Notes: generated from the letters alone by a model not told the origin. Numbered from the whole stretch's first letter, positions 1-13,057 are shown. The stretch is 63,749 nucleotides of DNA, filler included, from Octopus bimaculoides (GCF_001194135.2; 11 parts of 10 records of this genome joined end to end with filler, not necessarily neighbours in it), one strand, 5' to 3'. A program made the numbers and translations.

Positions 1-45
<45 letters not shown>

Positions 46-46
46 A
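1..46. repeat. (CA)n/(TA)n microsatellite
   Basis: Direct reading. This is the first of dozens of (CA)n, (TA)n, (TACA)n, (GA)n, (GATA)n and (AAT)n tracts, most of them abutting assembly gaps. Confidence 0.95.
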
Positions 47-81
47 GTAGCTGACTGAAAAGAAAAAGAAGAGAAGAAAAG

Positions 82-156
82 GTCGATTTGTTAGACTTAA
101 ACACTTCAACGAGGTGCCCCAACATGATCGAAGTTCAATGACTGAAACAATTAAAA
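82..156 (+). mobile_element. 3' end of tRNA-derived SINE (family with ...gtgccccagcatggccgcagtc..tgactgaaacaagtaaaag end)
   Basis: gaggtgccccaacatgatcgaagttcaatgactgaaacaattaaaaga is the reverse complement of the SINE ends seen at 34286, 43990 and 51455. Confidence 0.55.
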
Positions 157-643
157 GAAGATACTAGGACAGGCTCTTAACATAATAGTACCTTATAAAA
201 ACATTATGTAATATATTTATGTGTCGTATACTTGGTGCACAACCCTCTCATTTTACTTCACTGGTTTCCAACAGTTTGTTCTTTCATTAGTGGAATGTTT
301 GAAGTGAATTAAAAGTATTTTTAGGACAATGTTTAAAGAAAACAGACGCAGACGACTGATTTCACAGGATCTGTTTGGTTCTATTCATTCCCAACCGTGT
401 CGCCAATACAATTCAGACTTTCGATTTAATAAATGTTGCAAATAGGTTTCTTTGAAGTGTGTCACGTAATGTTAGCTGTACGGCTATTATTAACAATTAA
501 GTACGCTTTCCATGTCACATAGTTTCAGTAAATTCGGAATGCTTTAGAATTTATATCTTCTTACACAAGATATTTTTTTCAATTCACATCCCTTAGTAAA
601 GATCCATCTATCTAATGTATATACATACATACACACACATATG

Positions 644-648
644 TATGT

Positions 649-730
<82 letters not shown>
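644..730. repeat. (TG)n microsatellite
   Basis: Direct reading. Confidence 0.95.
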
Positions 731-732
<2 letters not shown>

Positions 733-1101
733 TGGGGGAAAAGCAAGAAGAAAATGAAGAAATGGAAGTATGAATAATTTATTTGTATGTTAGAAGGAGA
801 TGAAAGATTCTTTTAAAAAACCTACCAGAAAAGGTCAAAAAATAAAATAAACCAAAGTAACCTACATATATGTTTCAAGCCTATCACCTGGTTGATCAGA
901 ATTTTCAAGCATTTAAATAAATTATTCATGCATCCAGTTCCTCTCCATTTTTTCTTCTTGCTTTTCCTCCAATATTGATAATTTCAGTAATCCTTAACAT
1001 ATACCAATGACTTTGATAGAGATTAAACCAGTGGAATATTTTGGATTATATAATCCCTAATGAGGATATGACTTCCTCGAATTAACTTTGTATATATATA
1101 T

Positions 1102-1309
1102 AATTGCAGAGTGGAAGGTGTTTATAGGCCATTTAAAATAACACACCAAGACCGTTAGATTCACTTCAACATTTAAATTTAATCTGTCAAAATATTTTCG
1201 TCGCTTTGAGACCGCGACCTGTTCGCTGATAAATTTAAATGTTGAAGTGAATCTAACGGTCTTTGTGTGTTATTTTAAATGGCTTATAAACACCTTCCAC
1301 GCTGCAATT
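1102..1309. mobile_element. Foldback element / MITE-like long inverted repeat
   Basis: Arms 1102-1181 and 1230-1309 are reverse complements (80 bp, 3 mismatches) around a 48-nt spacer. Confidence 0.8.
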
Positions 1310-1841
1310 GTTTTCGTTCCAGCACACAATCTCAGATCAGGTCACTTCCTATGCAAGTACATCTCCGTATATATATATAAGTTCAAAAAATGGAACAAGA
1401 ACGCAACAAACGACAATAAAACATCCGGACAGATAGACGATGAGACGACGGACAGGAAAAAACAAGCACGGGTCATTCGCAAGTTCCTCACACCAGTCAA
1501 GTTACCAAATTATCCTTACAGTTTCAAGTAGTTACATTTGAGACTGTTCAAATCTGGCTGCCCTAAAAAATCTAAACTAAGAGCATTAAATTTTGGGGGA
1601 GAAAGCAAGCGAATGTGTACAACAACAAAGACAAAAAACGGTTACACAAAAAACATTTTACACAATTACAAATACAAGCAACAAGAAAATAACAACAGAT
1701 GCCTTTCGACTAATAAAGACGAATCAAGTTGAGCTGGCGTATAAACATATATATAATGTATGACGTATGATTTTTCAGCTTCAGTAAAATGGCATATATA
1801 TGATTATATATATATGAAAATAAGTCCGTATTCTATATCAA

Positions 1842-1899
<58 letters not shown>

Positions 1900-2033
1900 C
1901 ACGTGTATACTAGTCATCCCTTATACACGTGTAATACAATTTTTTCTGAATTTTCAGATTTTTTTATATGCTAGGCCACTTGGTTTTTAATTGAATTAAT
2001 ATTCAATTTATCACCCTATTTATATAAATAATA

Positions 2034-2073
<40 letters not shown>

Positions 2074-2159
2074 ACATGCACATATAAATACATACACACA
2101 CACATGCATATACACGGGCATGCATATATACTTCTATATATGTATGTATGTACCTATAA

Positions 2160-3130
2160 ATGATGAAAGCAGTATTATCCACAAAGAAGCCAAAGAAACG
2201 ATGGAGATTCTATAGAAACAATATTGCTCTGTTTTCAGTGACCCCGCTCCCCACTAAAGTTTACTTAGTAGCAATAAAGAACAACCTCCAAATTATCTTT
2301 CCTGGCACAACTTTCGGCACATTGGACATCATAGTAGCAATATATAAAATAAAACATTACTTAGCAGTAGACCCCAACAGAGTTACTGCTAATGTTCTGA
2401 AGGAATGCCAACACAAAATTGCATCTCCCGTAGTTAATCATTGGAGGAAATCACTAGTTACAGGCAATATACCCAAATATTTTCTGTCTCTTTCTGTGTT
2501 TACAATTTTTAAAAAGAGAAGTAAATCACTTGCAGTAAGCTACCCTCAGTTCCCATTTATATCTCAAGTATTTGAGAATGTAGTGAAGCCATAACTCTCT
2601 GATTGCATTCTCCTAGATTCAGACCAACATGGTTTTCAGGGTGACAGAGACTGTTTGAAACCAACACTTCCGAGATCGACATAGTTCTATGTTGCAAACT
2701 TCCTTTTGTAAATCGATCTAAACAAAAACTTTCAATCAAAATTTCATGTCTCAAACACTAGTTTAATTTCGATTAAGTTATTTTACTAAATTCTTGATTA
2801 TTTTCAAAGTTAATTGAAACAGGGACAATGTATTTCAAAAGAAATATGATAATGAAGTGTTAACACAGTTTTCTGATGATATTTTTTTGATGATATATAT
2901 TTTGGAAAAGGACTCCTTCCTGCAAGGCCCTTGACTGGGTACCTCACCGCTATATTCTGTTGAAATAAATTTGCCCGACATTCCAGCTATTTAAACCTAC
3001 TCCGCTGGATTAAGTAGTATTTTTTAGCAAGCAGAAACCCAACATGTTATGATTGTGAGAATCCAGTCAAAACCAACAAAAGTAATTAGTGTCGTCCTCC
3101 AAGTACTAGACAGTTTACCAAAACAATGTT
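2160..3130 (+). mobile_element. Degenerate CR1-like LINE reverse transcriptase fragment
   Basis: The translation AVDPNRVTANVLKECQHKIASPVVNHWRKSLVTGNIP..IFKK..QHGFQG and FSDD near 2870 match CR1/L2-group RT motifs. Stops and frameshifts are present. Confidence 0.8.
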
Positions 3131-3309
3131 TTAAATATCATTATAGCGGAGTTTAGAATTGCAAACGCGTTAGTTCAGTAACGAGAAATAGGACACAGCA
3201 TAATTAGATGATGTCGGCCTAATTGTCAACCAATGATACTATAGCCGCAATCGTACAATCAATGGAAAACTCAATAATTTCCAGCCAAAACATGGCTATG
3301 AATATAGAA

Positions 3310-3830
3310 CCGCGGGACACGAAATTGTTTTTCCCACGGGAGTTCCGGACCCCAGTTATGAAATTATTTGCATACAGCCTATCAGGTAATAGACAATAAG
3401 ATAAGGTCACTTGGGTAAGGAATGACCATGCCTCTTTTCTCTTTTAAGAATGCCTGTTGTTCTTGTTTCAACCATGGCTGCCTCTGCATAGTCATTTGTG
3501 TTGTTTACTTTGTAAAGCAATAAGGAGAGAGGGTTGCTAGTACATCACTCTCTACCCACATTTTTCCCATCCACATCTTTATCATATAGAGCTCTAACAA
3601 AATCCGATAATAGGTATAGTTGCAAATTTATCTAATTACTCGTCTCCTTCTAAAATCAGGCATAACTTGGCGATCGGTTGACTTACAGCACTGTTCTTCG
3701 TCTTGAGTTTACCTGGCAGTGTGTTTGTTAAGGTGACAATAAGGTGAAGGTGAGCTCTGATTGCCTGTATGCAAATGAGTTCATTACTGGGGTCCGGAAC
3801 TCTCGTAGGAAAGAAATTTTCACGCGCGGG
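3310..3830. repeat. Inverted repeat pair (about 75-bp arms, about 370-bp spacer); possible MITE
   Basis: 3310-3385 is the reverse complement of 3757-3830 at roughly 80% identity, with the shared core ttactggggtccggaactc.cgt.ggaaa. Confidence 0.65.
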
Positions 3831-5169
3831 AAATCAGCGCAGACGTTTTAGGGGTTCCTGAGAGGACAGGATTTTTATCGCTGCTCGACCTTAGGCTAAA
3901 AACAAAATCATTTGTTTATGATGAACGCAGAATTAGATTTTTCCCGTCTCGTCACACGAATATGCAGCTAGCGAATTCTTAACCAAACACAACAAGTATA
4001 TATGATTCCACTGGTAATTGGTGATATAGCTTCCAGCAAGTAACTTTTTGTAATCAATGTTATGTTTATGTACAAATAAATAATTTCATCAAAAATCGAA
4101 AATGGATTCGGCTGTATACGAGAAAAACACGTCGCCTAATTCAGCCTAATCAAATAACCGAAATACCACACACACGCACACCTCCAATTTGTACCATCAA
4201 ACAGTAGAATGAAATTAACAGAGAAAATAACTGGATAAGAACCAACCTAAACCATACAGTGTAAGCAAGTGGAGAAAAATAAAAGAAAATAACAAACATA
4301 ACATGATGCTAAGCAAGGAAAATTTTGAAGTCATTCGCTTGAGAATTGGAGGATGTTTTCAAACAGCCATGTCCCTTTCTCTCGGGAGAACTTTTCATGC
4401 ATTTAATAACATTATATATTTCGGAGTTATTCCCCGCCAATATCATGTATATATATATATATNNNNNNNNNNNNNNNNNNNNNNNNNNNNNNNNNNNNNN
4501 NNNNNNNNNNNNNNNNNNNNNNNNNNNNNNNNNNNNNNNNNNNNNNNNNNNNNNNNNNNNNNNNNNNNNNNNNNNNNNNNNNNNNNNNNNNNNNNNNNNN
4601 NNNNNNNNNNNNNNNNNNNNNNNNNNNNNNNNNNNNNNNNNNNNNNNNNNNNNNNNNNNNNNNNNNNNNNNNNNNNNNNNNNNNNNNNNNNNNNNNNNNN
4701 NNNNNNNNNNNNNNNNNNNNNNNNNNNNNNNNNNNNNNNNNNNNNNNNNNNNNNNNNNNNNNNNNNNNNNNNNNNNNNNNNNNNNNNNNNNNNNNNNNNN
4801 NNNNNNNNNNNNNNNNNNNNNNNNNNNNNNNNNNNNNNNNNNNNNNNNNNNNNNNNNNNNNNNNNNNNNNNNNNNNNNNNNNNNNNNNNNNNNNNNNNNN
4901 NNNNNNNNNNNNNNNNNNNNNNNNNNNNNNNNNNNNNNNNNNNNNNNNNNNNNNNNNNNNNNNNNNNNNNNNNNNNNNNNNNNNNNNNNNNNNNNNNNNN
5001 NNNNNNNNNNNNNNNNNNNNNNNNNNNNNNNNNNNNNNNNNNNNNNNNNNNNNNNNNNNNNNNNNNNNNNNNNNNNNNNNNNNNNNNNNNNNNNNNNNNN
5101 NNNNNNNNNNNNNNNNNNNNNNNNNNNNNNNNNNNNNNNNNNNNNNNNNNNNNNNNNNNNNNNNNNNNN

Positions 5170-5218
<49 letters not shown>

Positions 5219-5789
5219 TTACCATTTTCTATCTGTCTCTCTCCTCCTCTTTCTCCTTTACTCTCTCTCGTTGCTCACACGTGACCAGCGACCATATTTC
5301 TTTTCCTCACGTGATCATCTTTCTTTTCTTTCAGGGCTGTCCTAGAGACTGGACGTATCCTATCTCTCTTCTATCTTTTCTCTTGTCAAATATTTCTCCA
5401 GCGTTCACTATTTTACCCTCGTTCTGATCTAACAACCCTCCATGTTTGTTTTCGTTCGATTTCCTTGTATGTCTCCACTATCCTGTTTTTGTTCCCAACT
5501 TTGACCTTCCATAAATCCAAAATTTTATTTTGGTACTTATGGGAGCAACTGTCTTCGTAGACTCATATAGTCGTTCAATGCTCGAAATGAGGAGTAGATA
5601 GACAGTCGACAACTGATGAAAGGTCGTTCTTTATGTTACTTTCCTGTTTTCCATTTTTTCTCTCGTTGTTTGCGTATTTAACTCATTTGCTTTCGTATTT
5701 CATGTTGTTTACATCCTGTACCCATATATGCATATATGCGTGTATNNNNNNNNNNNNNNNNNNNNNNNNNNNNNNNNNNNNNNNNNNNN

Positions 5790-5801
5790 TTAATTAATTA
5801 A
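5790..5801. other. Artificial six-frame-stop linker TTAATTAATTAA inside a 100-base gap
   Basis: The same 12-mer, flanked by 44 N on each side, also occurs at 11195, 22065, 33073, 38431, 46224, 51948, 57420, 60063 and 62610. Confidence 0.95.
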
Positions 5802-5947
5802 NNNNNNNNNNNNNNNNNNNNNNNNNNNNNNNNNNNNNNNNNNNNAAAGCTCAATTTAATTTTAATTTTTTATAAATTTATTTTAATTGAGTTTTTACCT
5901 GTAATTTTGGATTTTGTCCCTAATATTATTATATATATATATATATA

Positions 5948-6012
<65 letters not shown>

Positions 6013-6325
6013 ATATATATATACATCATTAAACATTGATAGACAGATATTGTATGTGTGTGTGTGTGTACATATGCGTATGTGCGTGTATACATGTGTA
6101 TGTACATGTGTGTGTGAAACTATCCAGTTGTATGACATCTGGCGACATCTGGCTTAGTAAAGCGAATAGGGGCGATAACTAGTTGTAATTCAGTCGAAAG
6201 TGAGAGAATCGCTTCTCTCTCTGGTAGAATTTTTTTTCGAAAATCTTTAGAATAAAGCTCACCAGTGCACTAAATTACGCAATGTGTTCCTTTAAATATA
6301 TTTAATACACTTTTTCTCGCTGAAG

Positions 6326-6389
6326 ATGTCCCATTGGCAATTAAGTGTGATGTTTCTGCTGTACCTCTGCTGCGGGGTTCAGTCCCAAG
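6326..6389 (+). CDS. Candidate signal-peptide exon of a small secreted protein
   Basis: ATG at 6326 gives MSHWQLSVMFLLYLCCGVQSQ, with a hydrophobic core and a V-Q-S|Q cleavage-like site. It ends in a strong phase-1 donor AAG|GTAAGG at 6390. Confidence 0.55.
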
Positions 6390-9300
6390 GTAAGGAATAC
6401 TCCTTTACTTTTTTTTTTTAAACTTTTCTTTACCATTTTTACAACTCGGACTTATTATTTCAATGACAAGTCTAATGTATTTAAATGAACTATTGCGTTT
6501 CTCTGTTCATGTCTTTTTTCTGACTTAAATCGATTTTAGTTGCAATTTTTTTCACCATCATTCATATATCGTATAGTAACAACTTGTTTCTCGTACACAT
6601 ATTACATACACGTATACACACACACACACACACATTACAAAACGTATTTTCTTTTTATTACCTCCTTAATTTTGCTTTCCAGTGATATGCATAGTGACAT
6701 ATTCGCAGAAAAATATATATAGCAATATTTATATATCTCCGCATATCCATTCACAAGCATGTGTTCGTGCGGATATAAAAAGCCGGATTGGAAAATAAGA
6801 AGAAAAAAAAAACAGTTCTTGAAATATATTGTAAGGCTTTTGCTGTTTGTAATATGAATACCAACCGATCTATCTATCTCGCTATCTATCTACACACACA
6901 CACACACGTGTATACACAAAACCATTTCTTTTTCTCCTCCTATCTTCAAATTGTATCGATACATATACATATTAAACACACGCATGTGTACACGAATATT
7001 AGCCGTCTGTATAAACACACACACATATACATACATACACGCACACAAGCCGCCTGTATATAAATTCATACACACATGCATACAAGCCGCACACAATGTC
7101 GCATATTTTCTCTGCTGTGACCCTTAAGCCCTTCGCGAAGAGGAAGGTGGCAAGAAATAGCGGTCAGATCTCTGAAACGACACACTAATCATCTATTAAA
7201 AGAAAAGAAAAAAGAAAAAGTCACGGGGAATAATGCAGTTGTAACTAATGAACTATAACAGAACATAAGACAGGATAGTCGTGGCTGGATTGCCCTTGAG
7301 CACAGATCTTCTCTGCTAGGGCTGACTCGCCGTTAAACAACATGGTTAACGCAATTTCCAAGACGTCATCTCTCATCGAATGGAGTTCTTTTTTCACCTG
7401 TCCATCTTGTTCTTTTTTCTTATTTTGTTTGACCATCTTTCATCAACAATCCACACCAAGTTTTCTCTTTTATCTCTCTCTCCCCCCTTTTTTTTTCTGT
7501 CGCCATTCTGTGGTTCTTTGTGATGATGTGAAATCGAGGGACAAAATAACCTACCAACGGAAGGAATCTCTACGTGGTCAACGATCCTGATGAAATAGCA
7601 GCTAAATCCTAATCATCAGCTCCACCCTGCACTTGTTAAAACGAGCTAAAGAGATTTCAGATATATAATGATTGCATTGGATAAACTTAAGTATGGATAT
7701 ACGATGCCGAAATAAAAGACGAGATGGCTACAGCTGAAATAATCGCAACAGCAACAACACGGTCACGTCAGTCAATGACGAAGCTAGAAACAATAATCGA
7801 ATCTGCCTCAAATCACAGCGTAATTTTTAACCCATGAAGGATAACTTGGTTCCCTACTGTACGTGATATATATATATATATATATATTAGATGGAACGGT
7901 TGCGGGCTGGAACGTCTTCGTCATTGGTAGGTCAGTTCAATCACGGTCGGGGGCTAAAGGAACACAACACAAAGAGCAAGATAGGACGGCAGTTTGCTTT
8001 TGCATAATGAAAAAATAAAAATTAAAAAAAGTACTGCATGTGTTCAGAACTGGAGATAATTTTGATTTTGCTTACTCGGTCAGGGCTGACCTGGGGCTAA
8101 CTAAACAACTTCAACTACAACAATATCAACAGCCAAGGAAGTGCTTTCTTTTTGTGGTGGTGGTGGTGGGGGCACAGGTGAAAGACGCGCGTTTTATTTT
8201 TTGTTTGTTTTTACCTGATATTCGTCAGATTAGTGCTATTGACGTAGTGGACAAACATACTCTCTCTGCCTCACCTCTCTTTCACTTATTCTCTTTCTCT
8301 CTCGCTCTATGTTGGCTGGACTGACATTTGATGAAAGGCGTTCCAGCCACGACTATCGGTGACCAGACTGCATCGTCTAATGTGTTTCTTCGTGTTTTCT
8401 AACTGAATGGTCAGGTGTGATTTGAACACGATTTGACTGCTGTTTCTAGCAGATCAAGTGACCACATTAGCTTCGCTGTTGGCTCGTCACTCCCTCTCTA
8501 CCTTATTGTTTAGCCCCTGATAATCTTATTTTTTATTATTATTCTGCCTTATGGCTAAGATCAACATTATTATTATTAGTAGTAGTAGTAACTAGTGTTC
8601 CATTATCCAGTGTGTCCTTTTTTAGATAGCAGAATTGTGATTGGAAAAACATTTGGCTGCTATTTCTAGCATTTCAAACTGCCGCGTATATGCTCTCAGT
8701 TTCTGTTCATCTCGATGTGGTTTTCGGTGTCGTCTCTTTTGCTCTCTCTCTATCTCTCTTAACTCCCCTCTCTTCTCTCTGTTTTTCTTTTCTCTTGGTG
8801 TTTATTTCTCCCACTGTCCCTCTAGATGTCTCTCTGTTTCTCTCCTCTCTCTTTATGTTGCTCTCTGTTTCTCTTTGAGTGTTTCCCTTAGTGTATTTAT
8901 TACTTCCTCTGTTTCTCTCCCCCTTTGTCTCTAACTCTTGGATAAACCCAGAAACCCTTGCTTTAAGTCTAGTTTCTACATTACTTATGAGTCAATGAGG
9001 GAGTCTGCGTAGTCGCTCGACTTACAAGTAATAGCAACTATATCTCCCTCGAATCACTACATTTATGGCAGGAAAACTAGATATATACAAACAGACGGAG
9101 TGGCCACAGCCACCAGTCACCGGGACTGTCCCTATATTCGTTTTGCTAATAATAGTAGCCAAATCTCCCTCAAATCAGGCGTTTCCGTCTTAAAACAGAG
9201 CTATGTTCCTGTTCTTAGTCGGAAGAATTAAAGGATAAAAAAAATAAAACTGAAAGGAGACGACTGCAGCCCCTTTGCTTTCAGGTCTACTCCAGCTGAC

Positions 9301-9607
9301 CTGACCAGTTTGTCTACGTTGAAAATTCTAATTAAGAGAGAAGAAAGTTTGTCAAATTAGGGTCACCAGAATGAGAACAGGTGCGAGAACCGAGTGTTTA
9401 GCCCACCCCCCTGTCTTTGTATCTGCGAAGTTTTGTAATTAAAGAGCTGTGAATGTAGGAATATTAATTATTAAATAGCCTAACTTGTTTGCTTGAATTC
9501 TTGCGCTAACTGAAAATTAGAAATTATTTATAATGTTGTAAATCTTGTAAAACAATTATCTAAGCCATTTTATTTCCTTTCTGATTTTTCTCTCTCTGTT
9601 TTTTCAG

Positions 9608-9693
9608 TAGTATTTGTTACTGGAAATATAAAGTGCACGTTTGCAGGGATTGAAACCGTATACACATGCTTACGGCCTGGCCAAAGTCGGTAG
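9608..9693 (+). CDS. Candidate second exon of the small secreted protein
   Basis: A long pyrimidine tract and TTTTCAG acceptor end at 9607. Phase-1 joining to the 6326-6389 exon reads VVFVTGNIKCTFAGIETVYTCLRPGQSR followed by TAG TAA. Confidence 0.45.
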
Positions 9694-10041
9694 TAACGGC
9701 TCCTCGGCCATTAATTGATGCTATTTAGTAACTCTGACTCAGTTATTGAGTATAGTGCCATCATGGTTGAACATAGATACATATATATGCAATTATATGT
9801 ACAAAATCATACGTGCACGCAAGCATACACGTACTCGTATTCACATACGTACGCACATGCATACATACAACGGGCAACATGCACAAGTGTCCCCCCCTCA
9901 CTCCCGATTTTGCTTTCTCGTAAGTTACTGAAAAATGGATACGTATATCGCACAAACATTCATACAGACATACGCATACATAAGCATATGTGTGTTTACT
10001 CGTGTATAATGTGACAGCTATAATACAAAAGGAACAACAAT

Positions 10042-10252
10042 AATAACAATCCTTTCTTACTAAAGGCACAAGGCCTGAAATTTGTGGAGAGGAGATTAGT
10101 TGAATACATCGATCCCGGTGTTTCACTGGTACTTATGGATCCCGAAAGGATGAAAGGCAAAGTCGACCTCGGCGGAATTTGAACTCAGAACGTACCGACG
10201 GCGAAATGTCGCTAAGCATTTCGTCCAGAGATTCTGCCTGCTCGCCGCCTTA
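10042..10252 (-). mobile_element. tRNA-derived SINE (gctggcagaatcgttagc... family), copy 1 of a tandem pair
   Basis: The minus strand has an A-box-like tggcagaatc and a B-box-like gagttcaaatt, the conserved gtcgactttgcctttcatcctttcggg body, and an (ATT)-rich tail. Confidence 0.85.
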
Positions 10253-10273
10253 ATAATAATAATAATAATGATA

Positions 10274-10484
10274 ATCCTTTCTATTATAAGCACAAGGCCT
10301 GAAATTTGGGGTAGGAGGATAGTCGATTAGATCGACTCTAGTACGCAACTGGTACTCAATTTATCGACCCCGAAAGGATGAAAGACAAAGTCGACCTCAG
10401 CTGAATTTGAACTCGGATCGTAGCGACAGGCGAAATATCGCTAAGCATTTCGTCGAGTGTGTTAACGAGTCTGCCAGCTCGCTG
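10274..10484 (-). mobile_element. tRNA-derived SINE, copy 2 (head-to-tail with copy 1)
   Basis: Same body as 10042-10252. Its (ATT)n tail abuts the head of copy 1. Confidence 0.85.
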
Positions 10485-10500
10485 CAACAACAACAACAAC

Positions 10501-10531
<31 letters not shown>

Positions 10532-11034
10532 GCAGCAGCAGCCCTAGGTTCGCATGTTTAGGTGTAGGTGGTTAGTCCATAACACCAATCCAGTACTTGA
10601 CTGGTACTTTATTTTATCCTAAATAATGATAAAGATAGGACTAAAATACATTAATGACTTTTATATCTAAAATGTGGGAGCTGCATTATGTTTAATATCG
10701 CATTGTCTTCGATTTAATACAATATACATACATACATATAAATATACACACATACGTATATGTGTGCTGAGAATCTCGCTCTAGTTATTTCTGGTATGCA
10801 TTTTGGGTTTCATTTAACAGAGCAAGCAAAGATTCCATCATCGACTCAACTTCCCTGTCTGTGTGTTCGTGACAAGTCATGCTTTTCTTTCTTTAAAACA
10901 TTTGTTTATCGTGAAAGCATGCCCCCACTTTTTGTTTCTTTTATTTCTCACTCCTTCACTCTCTTTTTCATTCATCCATAATATATACATCTATCTTCTT
11001 TCTCTCTCTCCCCCTCTATGTAGATTCATATAAA

Positions 11035-11065
<31 letters not shown>

Positions 11066-11524
11066 AGAATTTAATGAATGGAGAAAACGCATGTTATAAT
11101 TGCATACTTTATCCTTTGAAACATATGTAGGAATAAAGTATGCAATTATANNNNNNNNNNNNNNNNNNNNNNNNNNNNNNNNNNNNNNNNNNNNTTAATT
11201 AATTAANNNNNNNNNNNNNNNNNNNNNNNNNNNNNNNNNNNNNNNNNNNNTATGCACACGTGTGTATGTATGCATGTCTGTATATATATATATGTGTGTG
11301 TGTGTGCAGGTATGTATGTATGTATGTATGTATATATAGCAAATACAAGGAATTATTAAATCCGCGATTGCGAGATGGGCCCTGAGTCAGCACTCCTACT
11401 GGCCAACAGTTGCACTCCTGCAAATACTGGCCAACAAAGAAGTGGACAATTTTCCTTAAAGGAAACCATTCACAGAAACTGAAATTCTAAGAATAATAAA
11501 TTAGTTGTTGAGTGTAATGTAATA

Positions 11525-12850
11525 TGAGGTGGTATCGGAAAGTTCCCAGACTAGTTTTGTAGCATGCCAATAGATGAGAGCACACGGTTTCATGCGTTCT
11601 GTAGCGTGCCAACAGATGGCAGCACACGATTTCGTGCCCAGTGTAACCTTCATGAGTGATATCTCTGTGTTTACCTCATTAGTTGTGAAATTTGTGTTTT
11701 TGTGATTACGTGCATACTGTAGTCTGTGATGGGCAGGAAGCTGGAACAAAGAGCCAACGTGAAATTTTACGTTAAATTTGGGAAGTCTGATATAGAGACA
11801 TTAAGCATGCTTCGGCAAGCTTGTGCCGACGAGGTAATGAGTCGTACGCAGTGTTTCGAGTGACACGGGCGCTTCAAAAGCGAAAGAACGTTCCTGGAAG
11901 ACAACGAGCGATCTAGAAGACCTGCCACGGACGTCATCTCTGGAAATGTGGAGCAAATTCATCAGCTTAAGAATGAGGATAGTCGGAGGACTATTCACGA
12001 CATTGCTGATGTTGTTGGTCTGTCGTATGTGTCTGTGCAGGCAATCCTAACGTTTGAATTGAACATGCGGTATGTCTCTGTCAAGTTTGTCCCCCGCCTG
12101 CTGCCACTGAGCAGAAAGAATAACGATCTGCTAAGATCTCCATCAGCGTGACGCTGATGATCCATTCTTCATGTCGAGAATCATCACCGGTGACGAGAGT
12201 TGGGTGTACGGGTACGACTCTGAGACGAAGCAACAGTCGTCACAATGGAAGAGCCCCTTCATCTGAACGACCGAAGAATAAGAATGCGCAACAGAGTCGA
12301 AGCCCAATCAACAACATGCTCATCGTTTTTTATGACATCTGCGGTATTGTGCATCGAGGCTTCGTCCCCAGGGTCAGACCGTCAATCGAGAGTTCTACTG
12401 CAATGTTTTGAAATGTCTGAGGGAGGATATTCGGCGAAAACGACCGGATTCGTGGAGCGCGAAGAACTGGGTTCTTCAACACGACAATGCACCCTGTCGA
12501 TGAGGTCTCCTCACTCGTGAGTTTCTCGCCAAAGACAACATGGTATCGCTTCCGCCTCAGCTCTATTCGCCAGAATGTTCACTCACAAACTTTCATCTCT
12601 CCCCCAGGATAATAAGGCAGCTCGCAAGTCGCCGTTTTAACACCGTTATCGAGATCCAGAACGAATCACAGTAAATTCTCGATTCGCTTGCAGGAACGCT
12701 GGGACCGGTGTATTACTGCGCAAGGTGACTATCTCGAAGAAGATGATGTTAAAAACTTAGGTAAATAATTTTTTTTTTAAACTTCGGTAATTTTCTTTTC
12801 TTTTTTTTTTAGGAACATATCTAGTTCGGGAGCTTTTTGGAATTTTGAGC
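11525..12850 (+). mobile_element. Mariner (DD34D-type) transposon, inactivated
   Basis: ATG at 11729 begins MGRKLEQRANVKF. The element shows an HTH region, a KFVPRLL motif, ITGDESWVYGYD and HDNAP, with degenerate TIRs after TA at 11523-24 and near 12821-12850. Multiple stops and frameshifts. Confidence 0.9.
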
Positions 12851-12961
12851 AGTAAATTTATACTCCAGTTTCGTACATTCAATAAGCTAATAAATCCCTT
12901 TAAAATATTTGAATTTGGAATTCTAGTTCCGTTTTTTATGAATATTTTATTATTTTTTCAG

Positions 12962-13057
12962 AGATGAATTTCTCAATACTTCCCGTTCTACAGATTGATG
13001 GCGAGACAGAAATTCCTCAAAGTATGGCCATTGCTAGGTACCTTGCTCGGGAATTTG
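12962..13057 (+). CDS. S-crystallin / sigma-class glutathione S-transferase, internal exon (N-terminal domain)
   Basis: TTTTTTCAG acceptor and G|GTAAGT donor (phase 1/1). It encodes [32 protein letters not shown](G), carrying the sigma-GST/S-crystallin [18 protein letters not shown] signature. Confidence 0.95.

Noticed and set aside
7245-7436. Minus-strand 63-aa ORF with protein-like composition
   Set aside because: It overlaps a dispersed repeat motif (tccagccacgactatc, also at 8341); no family match and no convincing splice sites.
8988-9742. AP-1 sites TGAGTCA (8988) and TGACTCA (9736) upstream of the S-crystallin exons
   Set aside because: AP-1/ARE elements are known in squid crystallin promoters, but the TSS here is unknown and 7-mers occur by chance.
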